Source of the DNA: Octopus vulgaris
Taxonomy: Eukaryota
Assembly: GCA_951406725.2 (NCBI GenBank)
Contig: OX597839.1
Location: 9,672,001-9,736,000, forward strand
Direction of reading: 5' to 3'
DNA length: 64,000 nt
The notes under the pieces are model-generated. The model had not been told where the DNA came from and ran no database searches. It worked only from the letters and a program-made list of their open reading frames with translations. Positions 12,669 through 25,584 of this stretch are shown piece after piece. Numbering within the stretch: the stretch's first letter is position 1; the number at the start of each line of letters is the position of its first letter. A program made the position numbers and the translations under genes.

Positions 12669-13392
12669 TACCAATGAACCTACCAAATATAAAACTTTTC
12701 TCCACTACATACTCACATACCCACGATTTATTTCTAATTGATTTTAATTAATTTAAATCCCTAGTTATTCTGTAGTCATTTCCTCTTAACTTCTGGGACC
12801 AGAATTAATCATGAAAACTAATTGCTTTTCCTCACTACAATTCATGTATTCTTATATTTGTTTCAGTCATTTGACTGTGGCCATGCTGGAGCACCGCCTT
12901 TAGTCGAACAAATCGACCCTAGGACTTATTCTTTAAGTCCAGTACTTATTCTATCGATCATTTTTTCCGAACCACTAAGTTACGGGGACGTAAACACACC
13001 AGCTTTGGTTGTCAAGCGATGGTGGGGGGAACAAACACACATATACATACATATGTTTCCATCTACCAAATCCACTCACAAGGCTTTGGTTGGCCTGAGG
13101 TTATAGTAGAAGACACTTGTCCAAGGTGTTAAGCAGTGAGACTGAACCCAGAACCATGTGGTTCGTAAGCAAGTTACTTACCACACAGCCACTCTTATAT
13201 TATCACAATTTTGTGCCTCACTTTTAAAATATATTACTGGAGTGGCTGTGTGGTAAGAAGCTTGCTTCCCAACCACATGGTTCCAGGTTGTCCCACTGTG
13301 TGGCACGTTGGGCAAGTGTCTTCTACTACATAGCCTCAGGCTGACCAAAACATTGTGAGTGGATTTGGTAGATGGAAACTGAAAGAAGCTTG

Positions 13393-13434
<42 letters not shown>

Positions 13435-14976
13435 GTGTGTATCTGTGTTTGTACCCCCACCATCGCTTGATAAACGATGTCGGTGTGTTTACGTCCCTGT
13501 AACTTAGTGGTTTGGCAAGAGACCAATAGAATAAGTACTAAGCTTACAAAGAATAAGACCTGGGGTTGATTTGTTCGACTAAAGGCGGTGCTCCAGCAAG
13601 GCCACAGTCAAATGACTGAAACAAATAAGAGAATAAAAGAATCTACTGAAATGATATTTCAAAAAATATTTTTTAATGCAGAAGGCATCCCTGACTAATT
13701 TCTTCATCAGGGTTGACACAAATGTCAAAGGTTACTTCATCCACAGTTCAAGTTTCTGCTTGTTGTAAACATAAGTGTATCTTATAGTGACAGCCAGAAA
13801 AAAGCCTGTATGTGGATGATTAAGAAGACAAAGAAAGTCAGGTTTGGTAATGTGGAAATAATCAGAGCTGGAATGTGTTTCATCACGGGTCTGCTCAATC
13901 AAGGTTGACCTAGGGTTAAACAACAACAGCAACGACTTTCATTTACTCTTCCTTCTCCCTCCTCTCCTCATCACCCCTCCTCTCTTTGTTCTTCGACTTC
14001 ATTATTTCCACATGATGCACTACTGGAACCGTTCCAAAATGGATAAAAAAAAATAAAAATGCAAATAGTTTGTCATCTAACATATGCTTGAGTGGGAGGG
14101 AGCATAGAAATGTGTTCGGTTGCATACCAAGCAAGTACCATCATATGTGCAGCACAACTACCAAGCAAACCACCACCTCTGAAATATCTCAGGCAGATGA
14201 TGTGTAGTGCCATGGTCATTTGAACAGCTCAGACACATTCAAAGACAATAAGGCAAAATAACAAGGTACCACATTAATTCTTGAAACACCCTGTTCTTGT
14301 TCACTGCAGTACAATATTCCCTTAAAGCCAATATGCTGATTTACAAAATTAGTAATATGCTAATTATTATGAATTGCAAGATATTTTATTTTTCCTCTAT
14401 GAAAAATAAGTAAATAAAAAATCAAAAATAATTTCTGGCAAGAAATATATGCAATATAAGAAAGTATCGAATTTCAAAGTTGTTTTATATAAAATCTTCT
14501 TCAGATATAGCTATAAGTTCAAGGCTAATTCGAAAAGCAAAAGAACATAAAAAAAAAAAAAATGAAAATAAAAATAAAACAAATTTCTGTCAAGAAGTAA
14601 CGAAATTAAATTTGGTTTCCCAGCAGAGTGCTCCGAACTGAACATGTGCTGTGGTACTAAATATAGATCACATCAAATAAAACCTGGCAGTCATCTCTTC
14701 TAATATGATTATACACATAGCAAGGGTATGTGTATGTGTGTGCTGATAGACAAACATCAACTCTACTAACCAAAAGAGAAATGTTAACAGAAACAGAGAC
14801 AGGCACACGAACAGACAAGACTAAAACTAGGAAGAATAAACAGTTACATTTCATTAGGAACAACACACCAAGATATACTTTCTGACTCACACTCATACAT
14901 TCTTTTCCAGCACCTGTGTATGTGTTATGCACGTCCAAGTGACTATATCAGAAATCATTGCAACAATTATGATTAA

Positions 14977-15197
14977 CCCTTTAGCATTTAAACTGGCCAT
15001 ATCCGGCCAAAAGTGTTCTGCCTGTTTTATGTTCAAACTGGCCAGATCTGGTCTCTCACACCAACCCTACAATATCGTTTTAAAAATTAACAGCTACCTC
15101 ATCAAAATCTCATAGCTACAAGATAATGCATGATTAATTCAAAACAGTGTGGATGAAAAAGGATTAATTTTGGCAGAATAATGCGAACACTAAAGGG
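14977..15197. mobile_element. piggyBac-like MITE (TTAA|CCCTTTAG...CTAAAGGG|TTAA)
   Basis: TTAA on both sides, CCC/GGG termini; a related copy with nested inserts at 19207-19975. Confidence 0.75.
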
Positions 15198-17855
15198 TTA
15201 AAGCAATGAGGTGGCAGAATTGTTAGCATGCTGGACAAATGCTTAGCGGCATTTTGTCTGTCACTACATTCTGAGTTCAAATTCAGCCAAGGTAAACTTT
15301 ACCATTCGTTCTTTTGGAGTCAATAAAATAACTTACCAATCAAGTACCAGGGTCAATATATATTTCTTTACTGCCTACAAGGGGCTAAACATAGAGGGGA
15401 CAAACAAGGACAGACAAAGGGATTAAGTTGATTACATCGACCCCAGTGCGAAACTAGTACTTTATTTATCGACCCCGAAAGGATGAAAGACAAAGTCGAC
15501 CTTGGCAGAATTTGAACTCAGAACGTAACGACAGACGAATTACCGGTAAGCATTTCGCCCAGCGCGCTAACGGTTCTGCCAGCTCGCCGCTAGGGTCAAT
15601 ATAATCGACTAATAGCCCTTCATCCAAATTTCTGGACTTTTGCTTTTAGCAGAAACATTATTATTAAAGAAGCAAGGTAGTAGAATTGTTAAGGTGTCAG
15701 ACAAAATGCTTAGGAACATTTCGTCTGGCGTTTTACATCCTGAGTTCAAATTCCATCAAAGTTGACTGCCTTTTGTCGTTTCGGGATTAATTAAACAAGT
15801 ACCTATTCAGTCTCAGGGTCAATGTAACTGACTAACCCTTTACCCCTAAAATTACTGACCTAGTGCCAAAGATTTGAAACAATTATCATTAAGGTAGTGA
15901 ACTGGCAACATTTTTTCCAGAAATTTATATTTTGAGTTCAAAGGCAGAAGTCTTTGATCCCTTCTATGTTGATAAAATATAATACCAGTAGAGTACGGAG
16001 GACAGTGTGATCGACTTATTCCCTCCCCTCAAAACTGTTGACTTTGTGTTAAATTTAGAATTATATTATAATTATTATTATTATTATTATTATTGCACAA
16101 GAGAGCAGCACATGCCATCAAGTGATACTAGGACATAAATATATGAACATCATGAGAATCCATCTGATAAGGATACACCAGGGATATGCATCACAACCAT
16201 ATGTGCATGACACGGTGACTTTATATCAAGGGGATCTAGTTAAAATTTTCTTCAGGTCAAGTAGCCCATCCTGCCTAAACTAACACCAGTTGACAAGGTA
16301 GTAGGGGACAAAGACAACACACACACACACACAACAGGCTTTTTTTCTGTTTCTGTCAACCAAATCTACTCACAAGGTTTTGGTTAGTTCAGGGCTATAG
16401 TAGAAGACACTCACGAAAGGATTGAACCTGGAACCATGTGGTTGGGAAGCAAACTTCTTACCAGACAACCTCACCTACTGCCTTTCTTTCAATTAATTTT
16501 GGAAAAAAACCCCCCAAAAACTTAGGACTCTAGTAAAATAACTTTGCTATTGTTAAGCTGGTGTTTGAAATAGAACATGAAATGTTGATGGGTCTTAAGT
16601 TTGGTCCCTTGAGAACCAGGATTGGTCTTCATGGGATAGGTACCAAAAGGATTAAAGAGATAATTGTTAGAAACATTGAATTTAAAAAGGAATGAATGGT
16701 TTTGGTATTCAGTTAAAACCCTTATGCTCTGAGTTCAAATCATATCACGGTTGACTTAGCCTTCAGGTGGCAACAAAAGCTACCAGGGAAATACTGGGGT
16801 TGATTTAATTAAGAAACCTTCCTTCAAAATTTAAGTCCTCCTGTCTATATTAGAAACAGTTATTCAAATTACATGGACCAGCAGAATTGTACAAGTGTTG
16901 GTATTTGTTCTGGCTCTTTAACTTCCAAGTTCATATCCTGCCAAGGCCAACTTTGCTTTTAAAATCCCTTGGTTGGGAGAGGCGGGGGGGTCAATAAAAT
17001 AAATTTCCAGTCAAGTACTTGAGGTAAATATTATCAACAGCCATTCCCTCCTTCTGCCCTTGTACCTAAACACAACAATTATTTATAACTGCAGATGGTG
17101 GAATCAGTAGAGCAGTGAACAAAAGGGGGAAAAAAAAATTGTTGGTATTTTAGTTACTTCCCTTCATATTCTGAGTTCAAATCTCAACAAGGTTAAGATT
17201 GCTTTTGAAATCAAATATTAGGATGAAGGGGTGGGGAACAACTTTAATTATCTATATCCTTCCTCCCCCAAAAGATATGTGGCCATATGCCAAGTCAGAA
17301 AGCAACCATTGTTATTGTTGTTTTTCTTATTATTGAGAGATTTTTGTTTAGTTTGGCATTTTTCTTTTTTTTAACCAAAGCCAACCTTGGCACAGTTCCT
17401 AAAATTTCAAAACCAAAAGCAAGAACAATGAAGGAACATTTCCAGACCTGTTATGTCAAAAACAGAGAGGTTAACAGAATGATGGTAAGTGATTTAGCAG
17501 AAAGAGAGAGAGAGGTTGAGAGAGAAAGAACGAAGGAGATGAAGAGAGGAAAGGAGAGAGAGACAGAGAGAGAGAGGTGAAGAATGAGAAGAATGATAGT
17601 AGTGATGCTGGTGGTGGTGGGTGGCTCAGTGTTTCATGTAAACAGATTATTTAGGAAGTAGAAATAGTCGAGAGAATGATAACAGGATGAAGAGAGGCAA
17701 GTGGATGCATTAGGCAAAATATTTTGCATGGAACTACTGATCTCATGCTGCATGTGACTGTAACAACAGTGCACTCTGAATGCAACAGCAGCGAATGTGA
17801 GTGCATCAATAGTGTACTGTGACTGTAACAGAAGTGTACAGTGACTGTAGATATA

Positions 17856-18377
17856 TTGGGTTGTCCGGAAAGTTTGTGTCGATTTATAGTAGGTTACTTT
17901 ACGACTTATTTTAGAACATGGTTGAGTCCATAAAATAGGATTTGACTACACCCCCATTTAAAGCACAGTTTATGCTTTCTTTTCGTGGAAGAAAGTTTAT
18001 GTTTCTATAACCTGTGTTAATTCTGTAACCCTTTAAAATGGAAGATAAGAAAGTTCATTTTCGGCACTTGATGCTTTGGCAACCAGACAAAAATTGCTGC
18101 AGCTCGGCTGGGATGCATTATCCCACCCTCCATATTCACCAGATATTGCTATGGTAAAAATTTAAATTCCTTGGATGACGTAAAAAGATGCCCTAATGAA
18201 TTCTTTGCCATGAAACCACCTCAATTCTGGGAAGAGGGTATTTTCAAGTTAAAGGAAAGATGGAGACGCATTGTGCAACAAAATGGTTCATATTTGGTTG
18301 ATTAAAAATGTAATGGCAAGTATTTATTGACCTTTTTCTTTACTTTGAAAATTGGCACAAACTTTCCGGACACCCAA
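17856..18377 (+). mobile_element. Internally deleted mariner element
   Basis: TA TSD, TIR ttgggttgtccggaaagttt, HPPYSPDIA motif; a solo TIR near 61400-61435. Confidence 0.85.
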
Positions 18378-19078
18378 TACATGTTTTATATTTATTGAAT
18401 GTTTTCTTTTTTAATAGGTATTATCTGGAGAAAGGATACCATGCTCTGTAAAACATGATGGTTCCGGGTTCAGTTCCACTGTGTGGCACCTTGGGCAAGT
18501 GTCTTCTGCTATAGCCTCGGGCCGACCAAAGCCTCATGAGTGGATTTAGTAGACGGAAACTGAAAGAAGCTTGCTGTATATATGTATATGTTCGTCCCCC
18601 CAACATCGCTTGACAACCGATGCTGGTATGTTTACGTCCCCGTAACTTAGCAGTTCGGCACAAGAGACTGATAGAATAAGTACTAGGCTTACAAAGAATA
18701 AGTCCTGGGGTCAATTTGCTCGACTAAAGGCAGTGCTCCAGCATGGCCGCAGTCAAATGACTGAAACAAGTAAAAGAGTAGAAGAGTAGTTGTAGGGATG
18801 AGACTGTAACAGTAGTGAGGTGATTAAAACAGTGGTGATGCACCCATATCCTACTGTAAATGTGTAAAAAAAAATGAAACGTAATACTACAGAAAGGTGA
18901 CATAGTAAATAGTGGTATAGTACAAGCTACCCTGACATGCTACAGGTAACATTACCGAAGACCAGAGACGGTAACATCACAGTGGATGACAATATAAATA
19001 ACATAAGGAACCACCGGGGGTGGCCTCACAGAGGGTGTCAAAATAAATAGCATAATCAATGAATATAAAGGTCCTTAC

Positions 19079-19144
19079 CTGACTTAATCCAATGCGATAG
19101 TTGAGTTTATCGATATCCATGTGATCCAGATAATGTTTGATAAT
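19079..19144 (-). CDS. MYO18A: Myosin-XVIII exon IIKHYLDHMDIDKLNYRIGLSQ (last motor exon found in window)
   Basis: 66 nt, cttcag acceptor, GTAAGG donor, phase 0/0; YRIGLSQ normally precedes VFFR. Confidence 0.9.
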
Positions 19145-20450
19145 CTGAAGAGTAAATAACAACAATAAGACATAGGAATACAACTGCAACATTGAACAAC
19201 AATTAACCATTTAGTGTTTAGATTACTCTGTCAAATGTAATACTTATTTATTCACATTGTTTTGAATTAATTGTGCCTTATCTCATAGCTTCAAAATTTT
19301 GACGATGTGATTATTTATCTTTAGCCATTTAATCTGCCTGAAACTTTATTCCACAACTCGGATTTACAGCTCAGTAAATCAACAACTATTGGATTACAGT
19401 TTGTAGCAATCATGGATCAATCTGGATTTCCAATCATCAAATTAGGGGACCCGAAACTGGAAGGGAAAAAATGGAAGGTGGCATCGAAGATTATCTCTGG
19501 CAGCGTTGGTATGTATGTGTTGGCCTTGTGAAGGGGTCGGGGAGGGTTTTGGGTCAACTTTACTTTTGTTCTCATCGTCAAGAACATCAGCTACACAGAC
19601 AAGTCTGTCCGTATGTCATTTGTGAGATGGGCACCTGTGCCGGTGGCATGTGTAAAAAGATTCGAGCGAGGTCATTGGCAGTACCACCTGACTGGCCCCG
19701 TGCCGGTGGCACGTAAAAAGCACCCACTACACTCTCAGAGTGGTTGGCATTAGGAAGGGGAACCAGCTGTAGAAACTCTGCCAGATCAGATTGGAGTCTG
19801 GTTTGCCAGACCTCAGTCAAATCGTGCAACCCATGCTAGCATGGAAAGCGGACGTTAAACAATGATGATGATGAATGACATTGTAGGGTAGGCGCGAGAG
19901 GCTGAATATCATAAGTTTGAACATGAAACAAGGATAATATTGTGGCCGGATATGGCTGGTTTAAACACTAAAGGGTTAAAGAATACAGAAATGTTTTTTG
20001 TTTTTGGTGTTGTTGCTGTTTAGCCCAAGGTAACTTCTGATCCAGCAGACCTATGATCATTCAGCCAAAGTGTACAGAGGACTACATTATCATATCTGTC
20101 CTGCTGTGATGTTGGTGTATGGAGCCAGGTCAGCCTTGAACTAAGGAGCCTATGACCAAAGATGTGCCAGCAGTGATCATCCCTTTGTTTATTCAGACAT
20201 TATCTCTAGGACTACATTATTTCATGGGACTAAACAACAACAAGTGAACCAATGTTAAAGCTTCTGCATGATAACTCAACTTGCTAGAAATAGCAACCAG
20301 ATCTTTAATTCATAGACTGTCATCGTGGATTAGGAAAGAATGCATTGGATAAAGCAATTCTAGACAACCACTAAATAGATTGGATGGTCAGAGCTGGAAT
20401 GTCTTTGACTATATTTTTGTTAGATGAGGGTCTAAACAATAACAACAAAA

Positions 20451-20497
<47 letters not shown>

Positions 20498-20526
20498 TGA
20501 AAGAGAAAGAAGAAGAGAGTACTAAC

Positions 20527-20621
20527 CTGTCTTTCATCCATGCCATCTGTTTTGAGGCCAAGAGGCATGAGAACCTCAAAACGGTGTTTAAATTCGCTGA
20601 ACTGCAGGAAATCAGGGAAAC
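20527..20621 (-). CDS. MYO18A: Myosin-XVIII exon (G)FPDFLQFSEFKHRFEVLMP...DERQ
   Basis: 95 nt, tttcag acceptor, GTTAGT donor, phase 1/0; GFP..F.EF..RF converter motif. Confidence 0.92.
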
Positions 20622-20653
20622 CTGAAACAGATGGTAGAGAAACAGTTGATTAA

Positions 20654-21043
20654 CCCTTTCATTACCAACCCAGCTGAAACTGGCTCTGGCTCTGTAGTAC
20701 AAATGTCTTATTTTCATAAGTTTTGAATTAAAATCTTCCACCAAACCATAGTCACAATTTATGTTCCTAACACTAGCTGAATGATAACTAAGTTATTTTA
20801 CTAAATTCTTTATTATATTTAAAATTAATTGAAAGAAACACAGAGCATCTCAACAGAAATATAGTAACAAAATGTCTTGTTTTCATAAGTTCTGAATTAA
20901 AATCTTCCACCAAACCTTAGTCAGAATTTATGTTCCTAACACTAGCTGAATGATAACTAAGTTATTTTACTAAATTATTTGTTATATTTAAAGTAATTGA
21001 AAGAAACACAGAACACCTCAATAGAAATACAGTAACAAATGGA
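20654..21043. mobile_element. piggyBac-like MITE with internal ~170-bp tandem duplication
   Basis: TTAA|CCCTTT start; inverted relative copy at 21776-21989. Confidence 0.72.
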
Positions 21044-21775
21044 TTAAGGAGTATCAGTGAAGGAGTATAGAAGAAGAGGAGGGAGTAGTCGGCAGACGTA
21101 GTGCTGTTGGTGGTGTGTACATATGGTGGTGGAAGGTTGTTGACAAGGTGATGTGTGAGGTGGGGGGTGGGACATAGTGTGTAAAAGGAGATGGGTAGTA
21201 ACAACGTAGAAAGCAATGCTGGAAAGGTTTTAGTAGTTTGTTGGTTGTCGGGGTGGAGGACTGAGTTCATATCCTGTAGCGCTTGACTTAGCCTTTAGGT
21301 AGCAACATAAACTACCAGGAAAATACTGGGATCATCATCATCGTTTAGCGTCCGCTTTCCATGATGGCATGGGTTGGACAGTGCAACTGGGGTCTGAGAA
21401 GCCAGAAGGCTGCGCCAGGCCCAGTCTGATCTGGCAATGTTTCTACGGCTGGATGCCCTTCCTAACGCCAACCACTCCATGAGCGTAGTGGGTGCTTTTT
21501 ACATGCCACTGGCACAGGTGCCAGAGAGGGCTGGCAAACGGCCACGATCGGATGGTGCTTTTTACAAAAGGAAAAGCTGGAGAAATAAGAGATGGGGGAT
21601 ACTTGATAAGAGAGACAAAATGAGCGAGAAATTATAATGAGCTGATTGTATACAGTGCTAAGATGCAATATGATTTACTGAGATGTTAAAAGGGGAACAG
21701 AAGCAGCAATATGTTGAATAAAAAAAAAGGACAAACAGTGATAACCAAAGGTGAATTCAAAGTACATAGGATTAA

Positions 21776-21989
21776 CCCTTTCATTACTGTATTTATTTTG
21801 AGATGCTCTGTGTTTCTTTCAATTATTTTAAATATATAAAAGAATTTAGTAAAATAACTTATTTATCATTAAGCTAGTGTTAGGAACGTAAATTGTGATT
21901 AAGGTTTGGTGGAATATTTTAATTCAAAACTTATGAAAGCAAGGCATTTTACCACAGAGCCGATTTTGTCCGAGTTAGTAACAAAAGGG
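21776..21989. mobile_element. piggyBac-like MITE
   Basis: TTAA|CCCTTT...AAAGGG|TTAA. Confidence 0.78.
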
Positions 21990-22457
21990 TTAAATACAAG
22001 CAGATAGAGAAGTGAAAAAAAAAAAGCCATAAAGAAGGACGGGTGTATAAGCATGTCAGGAGCAGTGTTGGTGAATTTCTTGAAGTATGAAATTCCTGAA
22101 GAATAGTGTCCTGACAGCTAACAACCAACACAAGTAGTTTACACAATACTTCAACAATTTTCAGTGTCAAAAAATGTTTCCAAAAGTCATGTGTGTTGTT
22201 CTAAATGAGAGTGAGTGAGACTGACAAGAGATAGAGAGAGACAGTATTACTCTTTTACTTGTTTCAGTCATTTGACTGCGGCCATGCTGGAGCACTGCCT
22301 TTAGTTGAGCAAATCGACCCCAGGACGACTTCTTTGTAAGCCTAGTACTTGTTCTATCGGTCTCTTTTGCTGAACCACTAAGTTACGGGGACGTAAACAC
22401 ACCAGCATCGGTTGTCAAGCGATGTTGGGGGGGACAAACACAGACACACAAACATAT

Positions 22458-22509
<52 letters not shown>

Positions 22510-22848
22510 GACGGGCTTCTTTCAGTTTCTGTCTACCAAATCCACTCACAAGGCTTTGGTCGGCCTGAGGTTATAGTAGAAGACACTTGCCGAAGGTGCC
22601 ACGCAGTGGGACTGAACCCAGAACCATGTGGTTACTAAGCAAGCTACTTACCACACAGCCATTCCAGTGCCTATGACAGAAATACAAGAACTTTGGTACA
22701 AAATTCACGCCAGTACACTCAACTGTGTTGGCAAAAATAGATACCAGGCAATTTAATTATCTCCTTTTAATTCATACCCATCCCTAACTAATACCCTAAA
22801 ATATCAAAGACTTCATGTCCACCCAGAGCACACAACATAAAAATATTT

Positions 22849-23638
22849 GGATCTTTTCCTTTTGAACGGCACTTTTCAACACAATTTCTAGTTAACTACA
22901 CACTTTTAAACTTCGTATACTGGTAGAATGTGTTTATAAAACATTTTTTCTTGGCTTTATTGAGAAAATTCTATACTTTGTAAGATATTTCGTCTGAAAT
23001 TTTGAGCATTTCGGTAATTTTAACCAATCACTGGAGTCCATTTAGGTAAACAACATTCCGTGCTGTATGAATATGTCCCTCGTTAAAGAAACAGATTGGG
23101 ATTATTTCCATTTGTGAAGAAAAAAAGATAACCTTCCCCAACCCCTAACCCTAACCCTAAATCTAAAATAGATTGAAATGCAATAGATCGATACTAGGGC
23201 CATAATTATGGGTGACAATTTCATCCAACACCGCTATGGAAAATGGCATTTTTTTCTAGCGGTGTCAAATGAAAATGTCACCCATAATTATGGCCCTAGT
23301 ATCGATCTATTGCATTTCAATCTATTTTAGATTTAGGGTTAGGGGTTCGGGAAGGGTATCTTTTTTTCTTCACAAATGTAAATAAACCCAATCTGTTTCT
23401 TTAACGAGGGACATATTCATACAGCACGGAATGTTGTTTACCTAAATGGACTCCAGTGATTGGTTAAAATTGCTGAAATGCTCGAAATTTCAGACGAAAT
23501 ATCTTACAAAGTATAGAATTTTCTCAATAAAGCCAAGGAAAAATGTTTTATAAACACATTCTACCAGTATACGAAGTTTAAAAGTGTTTAGTTAACTAGA
23601 AATTATGTTACGAAGTGCTGTTCAAAAGGAAAAGATCC
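22849..23638. mobile_element. Palindromic dimer MITE, GGATC termini, 8-bp TSD AAATATTT
   Basis: Two ~390-bp inverted arms; TSD at 22841-22848 and 23639-23646. Confidence 0.9.
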
Positions 23639-23926
23639 AAATATTTAAATGCATTCTTGCAACAGAAAGCTATTCATAGCTTCCAAGATATATCTTTTAA
23701 AATAAATCATGATAATGGATTTATCCCTGATGTTTAGTGTCAAGAAATGGTATGCACCTTTCACGTCCGGTCAGTTGACTGACAGACACACATGTTTATG
23801 TTCAGTAAATTAGTCAGTTTTCTGTTTCACTAGGTAGTATTCATTCTCACTGGCACAGTGTGTGTATGTGTGTGTAAACACACACGTACATATATATTCA
23901 TATATGTGCATACATATTTTCATATA

Positions 23927-23969
<43 letters not shown>

Positions 23970-24086
23970 GCACACACACACACACACACACAATGAGTTG
24001 AAAGCACTAAGTAAACAATTATTGAAAATTCTGACTACTTCCTTAATATATGAAATCTGTACACCACTTCAAACAATCTATACATA

Positions 24087-24562
24087 CAGGGTGCGCTGAA
24101 TAAATTGTCGTCTAAATTACGCAAAAATGAAAATAACACTGACATTTCATTTAAACAGATATATTTACCAAAATTGCATAAAAATATCTTGAAATACTAA
24201 AGAGTAAATTCATTCAATAAAATCACCATTGGCTTCAACCACAGCCCCCAGATGACTTTGGAATCTCCTGCAACTCTTCTGGACATTTTAAGTTGGCGAA
24301 TGCTGCCGTAATCCTTGCCTTCAGTTCATCTTTGGTGTTACAAGGAGTTTTGTGGGTCTCTCGTTCAACTGTGCCTCATACATAATCATTAAGGGGTTTG
24401 CAGTCTGGAGAATTAAATGGCCAGGGGTGATGTAGTCGCATAAACTGTATGGCATGTATGGCATGGTGCAGAGTCCTGTTACCAGACATAGGGTCTTCCA
24501 GCAGTCACCCTCTACACCCATGGCAGCACTACCTCCTCCAGGCACTTGATGTAGGCCTCCAT
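24087..24562 (-). mobile_element. Tc1-like relic, 3' half with TA|CAGGGTG end
   Basis: Reverse complement resembles 4320-4800; a related relic at about 42184-42700. Confidence 0.75.
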
Positions 24563-24814
24563 ATTGGAGGAAAGGTACGCATAAGTGGGCTGGTTACACC
24601 CCTGGCATAGACCACGGGTTATGGTCCCACTTGGCTTACCGGGTCTTCTCAAGTATTTTTCATAAATAGTTGCAATCTACTGTACCTTGCACCCCGCTCT
24701 CTCTCTAGAATAAATAAAACAGACATTCCCAGTGTGTCTGGCAACAGAGGATGGTGCCATCTCATCATTCAGTTCCCTTATGCACAATCTCCAGATATGA
24801 TAATTTGGACTCAC

Positions 24815-25010
24815 CCAAGCGAAAAATACGAACAGCTTCCAAAATCTCTGCCCCACGTATCTGTGAACGGACCAATGGAACATTAAGTAGATTCGACTCT
24901 GTGGTGTTGGCTGGGGCTCCTTTCAGCTCACATAACCCAGCATTGTTCTGGGGCAGGACGCAATGGACAAAATGGCACTTGGTACGACGTAGGGTTTCTA
25001 TAATGGAATC
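24815..25010 (-). CDS. MYO18A: Myosin-XVIII exon DSIIETLRRTKCHFVHCVLP...VPLVRSQIRGAEILEAVRIFRL
   Basis: 196 nt, ttgcag acceptor, GTGAGT donor, phase 0/1; HFVHC motif and SH1/SH2-helix region. Confidence 0.94.
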
Positions 25011-25146
25011 CTGCAATGGAATAAAGAAGCAAATATAGGAATCAGATCAAGTGTGTGTGTGTGTATGTGCGTGTGTTTGTGTGCATGCATGCGTGTGTGA
25101 ACTTCTGAGATAATAAGTTTTCATTTTTTATACACTGACATATTTG

Positions 25147-25584
25147 GGATCTTTTCGGTTTGAACGACAGTTTTTTCTAGCGGTGTCATATGAAATTGTC
25201 ACCCATAATTATGACCCTAGAATCGATCTATTGCATTTCAATCTCTTTTAGGGTTAGGGTTAGTTAGGATTAGTGTTAGGGTTAGGGGTGGGAGAAGGGT
25301 ATCTTTTTTCTTCACAATTGTAAATAAACCCAATCTGTTTCTTAAACGAAGGACATTTTCTTATGGCACAGAATGTTTTTTTACCTCAATGGACGTCACT
25401 AATTGGTTGAAATTGCAGAAATTGAAGAAAAAAAACAACAAATATCTTACAAACTATAGAATTTTCTCAATAAAGCCAAGAAAAAAAGATGTTTTATAAA
25501 CACATTCTACCAGTATTCGAAGTTTAAAATTTTTTAGTTACCTAGAAATTATGTTAAAAACTTCCGTTCAAACCGAAAAGATCC
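25147..25584. mobile_element. GGATC-family MITE monomer, TSD CATATTTG
   Basis: TIR GGATCTTTTCGGTTTGAACG; exact 8-bp TSD; internal degenerate TTAGGG run. Confidence 0.92.

Noticed and set aside
13943-14134. Charged ORF MKSKNKERRGDEE as an alternative exon
   Set aside because: Purine-rich low complexity, weak splice signals, no myosin similarity.
18421-18460. IMFYRAW as the missing VFFR exon
   Set aside because: Junction with a SINE, early stop codon, no IQ motif.
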